A stretch of DNA of 63,761 nucleotides, counting the filler, from Octopus bimaculoides (Eukaryota), in NCBI RefSeq assembly GCF_001194135.2. It is 4 parts of 4 records of this genome, joined end to end, with 100 filler letters (N's around TTAATTAATTAA, not from the genome) between each part and the next. Parts side by side here need not be neighbours in the genome. Positions count along the whole stretch, not along the records: positions 46,958 to 62,600 come from NC_068985.1; positions 62,701 to 63,761 come from NC_068986.1; 2 more parts are not named here. One strand, written 5' to 3'. This document shows positions 52,900 through 63,761 of the stretch, one piece after another (position 1 is the stretch's first letter; every line of letters starts with the position of its first letter). The notes under the pieces are model-generated. The model was given only the letters and a program-made list of their open reading frames with translations, searched no databases and had not been told where the DNA came from. A program made the position numbers and the translations under genes.

Positions 52900-53048
52900 A
52901 GAAAACGATAGAAATATACGTTAGGGTGAGGGAGAGAAAGTGTAAAGTAGAGGAGGAAAGGTAGAGAAATGTAGAAAGCGATAGAAATATATTAGTGAGA
53001 GAGGGAGAGAGGGAGAGAGAAGAAAGGCGTAGGAAATGGTAGAAATAT

Positions 53049-53105
<57 letters not shown>

Positions 53106-53277
53106 NNNNNNNNNNNNNNNNNNNNNNNNNNNNNNNNNNNNNNNNNNNNNNNNNNNNNNNNNNNNNNNNNNNNNNNNNNNNNNNNNNNNNNNNNNNNNNN
53201 NNNNNNNNNNNNNNNNNNNNNNNNNNNNNNNNNNNNNNNNNNNNNNNNNNNNNNNNNNNNNNNNNNNNNNNNNNNNN

Positions 53278-53333
<56 letters not shown>

Positions 53334-53512
53334 ACGATTGAAATGTGTTACGGAGGGAAAACTAGGAAAAGATAGAAATGCATGTGTTTAGAGTGGGAGA
53401 GAAAGAAGATTTGAGATAAAAGAGAAAGCAGATAATAGAGTAGAGCAACTGAATAATTGAGTGTGTGAGTGAATGATTAAGTGACTGAATGAGTGAGAGA
53501 TAAAGAGAGAGA

Positions 53513-53552
<40 letters not shown>

Positions 53553-53699
53553 GAGGATGGAAGAAAGGAAGCAGAATCTGTAGGAGAGAGAGAGAGAGAG
53601 AGAGAGAGGATAGGGTAGATAGATGGATAGATGAATACACTGCTAGGTAGTGTGTGTGTGTGTGTGTGTGTGTGCGTGCGTGTGCGGAGACAGACAACT

Positions 53700-53763
53700 A
53701 GATAGATATAGATATACAGAAAAGGATAGATAGACAGACAAACAGATAAATAGATAGACAGAC

Positions 53764-53822
<59 letters not shown>

Positions 53823-53827
53823 CAGAC

Positions 53828-53880
<53 letters not shown>

Positions 53881-53890
53881 GACAGACAGA
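53700..53890. repeat. (GATA)n/(GACA)n microsatellite within a 52-55 kb field of (GA)n, (TA)n, (GT)n and (GGT)n repeats
   Basis: Direct reading. Confidence 0.95.
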
Positions 53891-54918
53891 CAGAGGGAGA
53901 AATGATAAAAGGCACAGAGATAGATTGAAAGACGGTTCAATATTGATAGGTAGATAGATCGATTGGTAGATATTTATTAACCGCTGGCGATCGGTGGTGG
54001 TGATGGTGGTGGCTGTGAACATCAAATCAGGTGGGTTATTGTTGTTGTTCTTGTTGTTCAACCCCCTCTCCGCCCCCCAGAATAACCTCGTTTGAGCTAA
54101 CCGATTTCCAAAGGCATTTTAGCTATGACCAAATCAGTCCTTCCACGAGTATCTTAGACTACATTATCTAATATGTCTTTCCATGTTTTAAAATCGTTGC
54201 AAATCGATATGAGGAAGATTTAGCTCCTATTTCTTGCATGCGTGTGACTGTGTGTGTGCGTGTGGTAGAGGCAGGCGACCGCTTAGAGGCTTAGGCCGTC
54301 GGCTAGTGTAAAAGTGGTGATGGTCAGGTCAGGAGTGGTAGTAGTGGTGGTGGTAGTGGTGGTGGGGTAGTGGTAATAACGGCGGTGTTCCGTGTTGTTG
54401 GTGGGTGGTGGTCGTCGTGGAGAGGCTCACTGGTAGGTGACGGAAGTGGTGGTAGCGTTGTTGGTAAATGGTGTCGACGATAAGGGTAGTGGTGATGGTG
54501 GAGTGGTGAGGGATTACTGTNNNNNNNNNNNNNNNNNNNNNNNNNNNNNNNNNNNNNNNNNNNNNNNNNNNNNNNNNNNNNNNNNNNNNNGGTGGTGGTG
54601 GTGGTGGTGGTGGTTAAGCGGTAACTTTGGTGGTGTTGGTGCTAGTGGTAGTCGTGTTACTGGTGATGGTGAAGGTGGTAGTGGTGTCGGCGGCGGTCGT
54701 GTCGGTGGCAGTGGTGGTGGTGTTGGTGTTGGTGTTGGTTGCAGTGGTGTTTGTGGTGATGGTGTTAGTGGTATAAGCAGTGGTATTAAGTGGTTCTGCT
54801 GCTGCTGGAAACGGGATAGAAAGTGGCAGAAGTGCGCGAGCGAGTTGGAAATTTGTTGTCAATGGTGTCTAGAACGAGGAGTTCATTTATTGGCGATTGG
54901 AACAGCACTCTGGAAAGA

Positions 54919-55014
<96 letters not shown>

Positions 55015-55197
55015 CGGACAGACAGACAGATAGAGACGGACAGAGAGAGAGAGAGAAGGGAGAACGAAAAGGAAATAAAGAGAGAGAGAGAGAGAGATAA
55101 ATATAGAGAGAGCTAGTGTTTATGAGTGTATAAGTAAGAGGCACAGTGCGAATGAATATACACACATGTTTATATACAAATATACATACATACATAT

Positions 55198-55233
<36 letters not shown>

Positions 55234-55243
55234 NNNNNNNNNN

Positions 55244-55281
<38 letters not shown>

Positions 55282-55891
55282 GCACACACACATACACTCA
55301 AATATAAATTTGAGTGTATTTATAAAAACACACACACATAAATATATAAACAGAAAGAGAGGGAAAGAGAAAGTGAAAGTATGATAGGTAGATAGATAGA
55401 TAGATAGACAGAGTATGAGAAGTGATTTTCTGCAATACCAAAAGCAGCAGCAGCAGAAGAAGCAGCAGCAGCAGCAGCGGTAATAACAGCAGTAATAACT
55501 GCAGTAGTAGCAGTTGTAGCGGCAGCAACAGCAGAAGCGGAAGAAAAATACGAACAGTAACAACAACATCAAGAATAGCAACAACAACAACAATAATACT
55601 AATGCAANNNNNNNNNNNNNNNNNNNNNNNNNNNNNNNNNNNNNNNNNNNNNNNNNNNNNNNNNNNNNNNNNNNNNNNNNNNNNNNNNNNNNNNNNNNNN
55701 NNNNNNNNNNNNNNNNNNNNNNNNNNNNNNNNNNNNNNNNNNNNNNNNNNNNNNNNNNNNNNNNNNNNNNNNNNNNNNNNNNNNNNNNNNNNNNNNNNNN
55801 NNNNNNNNNNNNNNNNNNNNNNNNNNNNNNNNNNNNNNNNNNNNNNNNNNNNNNNNNNNNNNNNNNNNNNNNNNNNNNNNNNNNNNNNNNC

Positions 55892-56128
55892 CACCACCAC
55901 CACCACCACAAAGCATCGCCACCATCAACACCACCGCCAATATCAACAGTAACAGCATCAGTAATTCTAAACAGTAATAAGAAAGAATCAACGGAGGAAC
56001 CTCCAAGTATTGGCTTCGTTCTGCAAGAAATAGTAGCCAAGTCGTCCTCAAACCAAAACTCTACGACCTTATCGACGGACACTGTGTGGGTCTTGGCTTT
56101 CCGTGCTCCGAGGGGAAAGTCAGGATGA
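55892..56128 (+). CDS. Candidate Ser/Thr/Pro-rich coding segment HHHHHHKASPPSTPPP...KESTEEPPSIGFVLQEIVAKSSSNQNSTTLSTD
   Basis: 78 open codons emerging from a gap; possible donor GT|gtgggt near 56092; low complexity limits certainty. Confidence 0.3.
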   Translation, partial: HHHHHHKASPPSTPPPISTVTASVILNSNKKESTEEPPSIGFVLQEIVAKSSSNQNSTTLSTDTVWVLAFRAPRGKSG

Positions 56129-56735
56129 TTAGGTTTGGAATGCTTATGTTTGTAGATTTACTTCATCAGGATACACACACAGACACACTTCAAACACGCA
56201 CTTACATACACGTACATAATCTGCGTACATATTTACATATAAATAAATGTATTGCACACACACACACACACGCACGCACACACACACGCACACACAAACG
56301 CACGCTCACACACACATACATACGCACACAGGGCTGATTGACCCAACACCACCATCCCCCCTACAACCATCTACAATATTCCAACCCTCAGCATTTTCCT
56401 CCACCGGCAGCAGCAGTACCACTAGTACCACCACCAGCACCAGCACCACCACTACCACCACCACCACCATAAAGCATTAAAATGCTGATAAACATTAGAT
56501 TGTTCGTGTGTTTATGTACGTGTATATATACGTATACATACACATTCCTTATATATNNNNNNNNNNNNNNNNNNNNNNNNNNNNNNNNNNNNNNNNNNNN
56601 NNNNNNNNNNNNNNNNNNNNNNNNNNNNNNATATGTATATATATATATATATATGCACTGATATACATTAGTGTGTATGTCTGTATATACATATGCAAAC
56701 ACATATGCACACACACACATGCACGCGCGCACGCA

Positions 56736-56780
<45 letters not shown>

Positions 56781-57933
56781 TAATGTTTACCAGCGTGTGA
56801 TAAATAACAAAAAAAATTATAGGGAGGATTCAATACTCTTGAACAACGAATATGTGTCAGGTACTCGTCCATTATTGCACAGTTTCACCGTCATCCATTT
56901 TTGTCCCATGGTACACAGTGGATTACATATGTCTTTATCACCATGTCCATCACATTAAAAAAATGGTGACATATACATATAAATAGTCCAGCAAGTACCA
57001 TTTGCAAAGATCCATAAAAATGAAACTGTACATACGTATCAAAGTCGAGATGAAAAACAGCTCGGATTATCCAGATAACCATTCTGTTGCCGAATTACAT
57101 CATCGGGTGGGCAAACACACTGTAAAGGACGCAAGGGAAGTAGGAGGTGGGCCACCAGTTTTGCTCATGAATTGACTTTCTGCTGGATTGTCTGGCAACG
57201 AATGTGATGGGGGAAGTTTGACGCCGTACTCAAAATCTTGATAAAGTGACCATGACATTTAGATGTATCAGACTTTTGAAGTCATCATCTACCATTACAG
57301 CCGTAAGGAGAATGTATACCCTGGGTGTGACTTATTTAAGAGTTTAGCTTGTTCAACTTTTATTTAGAACTCAACCTAGTCATGATAAGAGAGGTTAAAG
57401 ATGTTTGCATTTGCCCAGGAACTTACTTCGTGCCTTTGGACGATAAAAAAGATGTCTTAACACTGACTTCACAGGTTGACTTCAAACTATTACGACACTG
57501 TAGCCATCCCTATACCTACAAACGGTAATAAATACATATATACTCCACAAGGTAACTACAATTAGTCCATAGCAAGATATTTTTCACCAAAAGTAATCAA
57601 TAAATATCAATACAATAAGAAAAATATTCCTGACTTCGACACAAGTGTATAGAGTGCAAGAGTAAACGGAAAGAACTGATCTTTGTTACAGAATATAAAG
57701 AAAATTGCACCGGTGAGATCAAATCTCGTAGCAAGTGTTCCGCTTTGGAACGTCCTGTTTTGAAAGCCACACCTTTCATCAGGCGGTGTGAAAGTATTAC
57801 TCCTGCTGTAATCAGCAGTCACAGGAATTGGTTATATAACTGTCCGGTGTGCCGAAGCAAATACGCGCACACATGTATTTATGTACGTATGTGTTTGCAT
57901 GTGTGTACGTGCGTGCACGCGTGTGTGAGTGTG

Positions 57934-57966
<33 letters not shown>

Positions 57967-58272
57967 ATTAACTAATACAAAACGAATGCCCACAAACTAT
58001 ATATATTATAATCCATTATCTGACAGGGAAGATTTCTGTAGCATTTATCTTGAGAAATAGCCGCCAATTTTCCTGTAAACCATACACCGCTATCTGTCAA
58101 GAAAGGAGATGGCGAAAGAAAGAAAGTTGAAATTTGATAAGTAGTGGTAGTATTACTGAAATTACGTTTAGGTGACGTCAAACACTTTGTATTTCTTTCT
58201 CTTTCTGCTTCACTTTAATATTTATTTCTATTTCCTTCTTTCTTTGCAATAATTGAAAACAAATGGATAAAG

Positions 58273-58346
<74 letters not shown>

Positions 58347-58519
58347 TGAGAGATTAATGGCTTGGGTCTGTTTGTATCTTTATCGTTGTCTCTAGCTGCT
58401 TTTAGAATGGTCGTTGGATTTTGGTGTTTTGAAATTCTTAAAACAGTCGCCAACTCTTCATTTAATCGCACCCTACTTTCTAATGCACGTATAACCCAAT
58501 GTGGGAGCCTTTACATGTT

Positions 58520-59065
58520 AACTCGAAACAGTAGCAAAATCTCCCTCCAAATCACACGCTGCATTCTTATGTATGAGCCAATGGGGAAACCTGCGCATGT
58601 TATGAAGACCAGATAGAAGTCGTTGCCTATTCGTCTTCAAATTACAAGGTAAAAATCTTGTGTTTGTAAATATATATATATGAACTAATGAATGGGAACT
58701 CTACATTTCGTTTAGAGCTGACAGAAATAGTAATAAAATCTCACTCAAATCACACCATACTGTTTTATCTATATATTTATATGTCAGTCAACAAGGAAGC
58801 TGTTAATGTTAGCTAGGCCTGATAGAAATAGCAACCAAATCTCTCTCAAACCACACTCTACTGTCATGTGTATATATTTTTGTATGAGTCAAAGAGGGAA
58901 CTGTTTGGTGTTAGCTAGATCTGTTAAGAATAACAACTAAATATCCTTAATATCACTGTCTGCTTATTGTCTTATGTATGAGCGAACGAAGAGGACTTCA
59001 ACGTGGTAGCTTGTCGTGTTAAAAATAGCAACCATATCTACCTAAAATTATTCCCTACTGTTTCT
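58520..59065 (+). repeat. Degenerate tandem array of about 100-bp units derived from repeat family D
   Basis: AAATAG(C/T)A..AAATCTC.CTCAAA..ACAC motif recurs near 58530, 58615, 58725, 58825, 58928, 59025. Confidence 0.65.
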
Positions 59066-59098
59066 TGTATGTATGTATGTATGTATGTATGTATGTGT

Positions 59099-59486
59099 GG
59101 AGGCGCAATGGCCCAGCAGTGAGGGCAGCGGACTCGCGGTCATGGGATCGCGGTTTCGATTCCCAGACCGGGCGTTGTGAGTGTTTATTGAACGAAAACA
59201 CCTAAAAGCTCCACGAGGCTCCGGCAGGGGATGGTGGCGAACCCTGCTGTACTCTTCCACCACAACTTTCTCTCCCTCTCTTACTTCCTGCTTCTGTTGT
59301 GCCTGTAATTCAAAGGGTCAGCCTTGTCACACTGTGTCATGCTGAATATCCCCGAGAACTACGTTAAGGGTACACGTGTCTTTGGAGTGCTCAGCCACTT
59401 GCACGTTAATTTCACGAGCAGGCTGTTCCGTTGATCGGATCAACTGGAATCCTCGACGTCGTAAGCGACAGAGTACCAACAACAAT
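59099..59486 (+). mobile_element. SINE family B, full length, inserted in (GTAT)n
   Basis: A-box-like TGGCCCAGCAGTG, B-box-like GTTTCGATTCCC, body, CAACAACAA end; (GTAT)n on both sides. Confidence 0.9.
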
Positions 59487-60645
59487 GTATGTATGTATGT
59501 ATGTATGTATGTATGTATGTATGTATGTATGTATGTGTGTATAGGATTAAAAAAGAGTTTTCTGTGTCAAAGCCTGATTTGCTTAGAAACATTAACTTAT
59601 GTGGAAGCCCGAACCTGTTTTTTCAAACTTCTCGAAATAGCAGCCGAATCTCCTTCAAACAACACCATATGTATGCACATATTGAGGGTAAACACTAGGG
59701 TGCTGAGGATTTTGCTATACTCTGACACCGAAAGCAACACTCTGTCAGGCGGTGAAACAGCTCTGTATGCATTTCGGTCCCTTCCACTCCGACGCCAGAA
59801 CTGTCCGGGGTCACGAACGAAACATGTGGTTCAGATGTTGTGACTCTGAGTCATGTGTCTCTATCATCCTCAGTGCTTCTTCTTGCTCCATCACACATCT
59901 TCCCCTTTAAGTCAATAAAACAGACCATTACATGGTAGCTAGACCTGCTAAAAATAGCAAGTAAATCTCTATCGACACATAACCTACATTCCCCAAAATT
60001 TTGGAATGGCGCAAAAGACATTATCAGAATTATGACGCCTCATGTTCCGTTTGTCATAAAGATGTCAGTTAAAGTTGCCGGACACAATTGTTTCATTTCC
60101 AGAATATCTGTGAAGCCAAATGATTTACCGTTTGAATTTAAAATGTTCCAAATAAAATTCTTGTCAGACTCAGCTTCGCCAAAGACCATCAACACATGTC
60201 ACAGTCAGTAGATTCCTTCGTAGTGTTTACTTTGTTACAATAGCCAGGCAGCACCGGATATTTCTGGTAGTGCTTACATACATACATACATACATACATA
60301 TGCACATGCATACATACATACATACATATGCATGCATACATATACTCATGCATACATATACACATTCATTCATACATATGCACATACATACATAGACATA
60401 CACACACATACATACATATAGGCATACATATATACATAATACATACATGCATATACATACATACATGGATACACACACATACATACATACTATTATGTAC
60501 ACACACACACACACATATATAATGCGTATGTATATGAAAGTGTATATGTGTATACCATACACATGTGTCTGTGTGTTCATGTGTATATAAATGCATATAA
60601 TATATATATGCCTATATAAATAAGTATATATACACACACATACAT

Positions 60646-60715
<70 letters not shown>

Positions 60716-60828
60716 AGAAGGTGCGGAAATCATTGCGATCTTCAGTCGACAGCTGATGTAAGGCGTGTTGTTCAGGAAAAAAAAGCTTTACCTAAATTAT
60801 AATAATAATAACAATAATGATTTCAATG

Positions 60829-60871
<43 letters not shown>

Positions 60872-60873
<2 letters not shown>

Positions 60874-61061
60874 GGCATAAGACCTGAAATTTAATGGGAG
60901 GGGACTAGTCGATTATATCAACTCCAGTGTTTCACTGGTACTTAATTTATCGACCCCGAAAGAGTGAAAGGCAAAGTCGACCTCGGCGGAATTTGAACTC
61001 GGAACGTAGCGACAAGCGAAATACCGCTAAGTATTTCGCCCGGCGTTCTAACGCTTCTGCA
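60872..61061 (-). mobile_element. SINE family A
   Basis: Reverse-complement copy with (AAT)n tail at about 60800-60871. Confidence 0.88.
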
Positions 61062-61074
61062 CATTAGCAGCCAC

Positions 61075-61870
61075 TGCATACCAATCTTACCTACCTGAGA
61101 GCGCTAGCAACAGATGGACCATCAGACTAGTGGAGCGTATCACTTCCACTAGAATGAAGCAGACGTTTCATTCTGGCCAATTAGTGAATGAGGCTAGGCA
61201 CAATGGTCAAATGGTAATTTATGTAGGCATTCACCATCTCTGCTTGACCTTTCAGTGATAGCTTCTCAGCTCGTTTCTGGACGAGGCTGGCTAACCCTGC
61301 TCGTAACTACGTCCCGTTTTCTGTCCACATGGAGGTCTGGACCAAATTAGACCGCGAGCATTTTAACTGTGTCTGTTTATCCAGCACCTAACTATGCTGT
61401 TCGACAGCATAAACCCCTTTCCCCAAGTGCTGAATTGCAAACCCACCGACTTGTCCAGATTTATTTTTGCTCATGGTAATCTTTTCGTATTTCACGACGA
61501 TGGAACCGACAAGTTCCACTTCCATGGTGTTTGACACTATTACGATGATGTAAACTGCATACGCCAACACAGCTTTCTTGCATCCCAGCTCGAAAGGGAT
61601 TCCTCTCAAGATTTCTAGCTTCCGTAGCAATGGCTCAAGAGCCAGTACATATAGGAGGGACGAGGAAAGAAACATCTGACAGACCAAAGCGTGATATGAA
61701 CAGGTTCCAACAGGTGGCCGTTCACTTTTAACCCTGAGCAAGTGTCATTGTGCATTGCTGCGATTCAGTCTCTGAAATCGGATCATAAGACGGCTGCTTT
61801 TTAGGACGGCTGTCAGGTAACCATTGTCAACCCTACTGAAAGCTTTCGACTGATCAGTGCCCTACGAAAG
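61075..61870 (-). mobile_element. Tx1/L1-clade LINE RT fragment, degraded
   Basis: VLALEPLLRKLE, AYA, KLSLKG, VNGHL segments colinear with the 4628-6860 element. Confidence 0.85.
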
Positions 61871-61975
61871 CCTACGAAAGTCAGATTAATTAGTCGCTTC
61901 TCCATGGTGTATCGTATAAGGTGGTTCTTGTATGTGAATATGTAATATTTGAATGCATTTTATATTGGAGAACTG

Positions 61976-62017
<42 letters not shown>

Positions 62018-62020
<3 letters not shown>

Positions 62021-62260
62021 GAGGTGCGTAGTTAGGGTGCTGTACTCACAATCACTAGAGCATAAGTTCGATTCCCGGACCGGACGACTTGTTGAACTCT
62101 TGAGTAAAACACTTTCTTTCACGTTACTCACGAGTGGGAGAGTGCCAGAATCTATGGTGTGTCGGAAAATGCTTTACGGGGAAGGTACAGGCCCTCCCAG
62201 GTCGTATAGAAAGTGCTGGAGAAGGTTAACATTCCCAGGTCCTGTCCAAGGGCAGACCAC
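62018..62260 (+). mobile_element. CORE-type SINE remnant
   Basis: tRNA-like head with AAGTTCGATTCCC and CTTGAGTAAAACACTTT CORE-like segment. Confidence 0.55.
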
Positions 62261-62292
62261 GGCTAGGCTGTATATATATATATATATATATA

Positions 62293-62600
62293 CTAGCAGA
62301 AATACCCGGCTTTTCCCGGGTTAAAGAGAATAATGAAATCTAAAAACGCCGTCTAGACTACGCAACCCTCAACTGTTCGTAGCTACGATACCATATTTCT
62401 ACATTAATAACTCTCCAATCCATGCCAGCATGGAACATAGACATTAAGTGGAATGCCAGTCTCTCATCTAGGAGGGCCTTGAAATCAATGTTACCAACTG
62501 GGGACTATGTGTGTCGCAGTGATAATAAAAAGACCCAAAGGAGGTCTGCAACGAAATAATTTTACTCAACACTTTGCAAGTGAATCAGTAGAGGCAAAGA
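62293..62600 (-). mobile_element. Helitron 3' end
   Basis: Minus strand CCCGGGAAAAGCCGGG hairpin (62305-62320), 8-nt spacer, CTAG (62293-62296) then T; cut by linker. Confidence 0.7.
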
Positions 62601-62700
62601 NNNNNNNNNNNNNNNNNNNNNNNNNNNNNNNNNNNNNNNNNNNNTTAATTAATTAANNNNNNNNNNNNNNNNNNNNNNNNNNNNNNNNNNNNNNNNNNNN
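62601..62700. other. Artificial scaffold linker 3
   Basis: 44 N + TTAATTAATTAA (62645-62656) + 44 N. Confidence 0.95.
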
Positions 62701-62840
62701 TCTGAGTTCAAATTCTGTCATGGTCGACTTTAGCTTTCATCCTTTCGGGGTCAATGAATTAAGTACCAGTTGCGTACTGGGGTTGATCTAATCGACTGGC
62801 CCTCTCCCACAAAATTTCGGGCCTTCTGCCTAGAGTATAA
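62701..62840 (+). mobile_element. SINE family A, 5' part cut by linker
   Basis: TCTGAGTTCAAAT...CATCCTTTCGGGGTC...CCTAGAGTA. Confidence 0.85.
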
Positions 62841-62904
62841 AAGAATAATCAAAGACAGTGCCTTAGCATGGCCACAGCTTTGAACTGAAACTGATAAAAT
62901 AAAC

Positions 62905-62942
<38 letters not shown>

Positions 62943-63494
62943 GTATATACATGTACATGTATATATCTATATATATATATAGATAGCTAGATAGGTAGAT
63001 AGATAGATGGATATGAGTATAATCACTGACACCCCTGTGTTTTATGCATTAAGATTAACTTGAAACTCTATAGTAATTAACATACAGGTCATTAGGAGAC
63101 TAAATGTCATATTTTGCAGTTCGAATCCTATATTCGCTTTTTGATGAAGTGCGCATAGCTGACATTATTATGGATGAGCTGAGAAACTTCCTGAAATCTC
63201 ATTAAAATTGCAACAGAGGTGAACGCCGGTCACAATCTGGAAGTTTATATCAGGAAACTACAGCAGACTGTCGTAAATGATTAATTTGTGCCGTGTTCCC
63301 CTCCGTGGTAGAATCTCCAGTTGCGATGAAATATTATATACAGGTTCGTATAGAAAGTGTTGATACTTAATAAACAAACCAACCACATTTATCTCTTTCT
63401 TCAACAACCTGTCTTCTTATGGAACCTCAGTTACTATCCTGCCTCTTTATATGCAGCCAGCATCAAAGGCAATCAGCAATAATAATAATAACGA

Positions 63495-63618
63495 TTTCAA
63501 AGTTTGGCATAAGGCCGGTAATTTCGAGAGATGGGAGGAAGTAAGTCGATTACATCAAACCCAATGCTAAACTGATTTATATTTTATCGATGCCGAAAGA
63601 ATGAAAGACAAAGTCGAC

Positions 63619-63677
<59 letters not shown>

Positions 63678-63761
63678 CCTTTCTGCTATAGGCATAAGGC
63701 TTGAAAATTTGGGAGAGGCGACTAATTGATAACATCGCCCCCATTGCTTCACTGGTACTTA
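63495..63761 (-). mobile_element. Two partial SINE family A copies around (AAT)n
   Basis: GGCATAAGGCC/T tails and ATGAAAGACAAAGTCGAC core. Confidence 0.7.

Noticed and set aside
54290-54900. Thr-rich or Pro-rich mucin-like ORFs on the minus strand
   Set aside because: Built from degenerate (GGT)n repeats, with stops close upstream in each frame.
57597-57975. Overlapping ORFs including a CPVCR RING-like motif
   Set aside because: Only one Cys pair, the frame runs into (GT)n, and three frames are comparably open, so none can be preferred.
59099-59175. tRNA gene-like A/B boxes (also at other SINE heads)
   Set aside because: They continue into SINE bodies and do not give a convincing cloverleaf.
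1806-63752. Most long ORFs in the supplied track
   Set aside because: They run through N gaps or (TA)n, (CA)n, (GA)n, (TATC)n, (ATT)n repeats, giving YIYI, THTH, ERER, LSIY or poly-I peptides; not genes.
1-63761. CRISPR array, prophage or bacterial operon
   Set aside because: No identical direct repeats with unique spacers, no cas-like or operon-like ORFs; sequence is eukaryotic.

Overview
Repeat-saturated, gap-rich animal genomic DNA, inferred to be octopod cephalopod from its SINE/RTE families and extreme microsatellite load (no database check was possible). Three identical 100-bp linkers (44N-TTAATTAATTAA-44N) split the window into four blocks whose true adjacency is unproven. Securely recognisable content is transposon-derived: tRNA-derived SINEs of at least three families, two Tx1/L1-clade LINE fragments plus a Tx1 3'UTR copy, three Penelope-like fragments (one with a hammerhead-like motif), two tandem RTE 3' ends, an internally deleted pogo element with TIRs and TA TSD, and two Helitron 3' ends. 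Most long ORFs in the supplied track are artefacts of N-runs and microsatellites. Manual splice reading suggests two unidentified host genes missed by the track: a + strand multi-exon gene in block 1 (about 13.1-25.3 kb) and the 3' end of a - strand gene in block 2 (40.6 to 35.8 kb) with a 24-nt microexon, alternative C-termini and a long repeat-free putative 3'UTR in a CpG-poor domain. The most unusual structure is a head-to-head Penelope/Tx1 composite bounded by about 250-bp inverted repeats (3.3-6.9 kb). I see no complete novel multi-gene system, and no gene symbol can be assigned.
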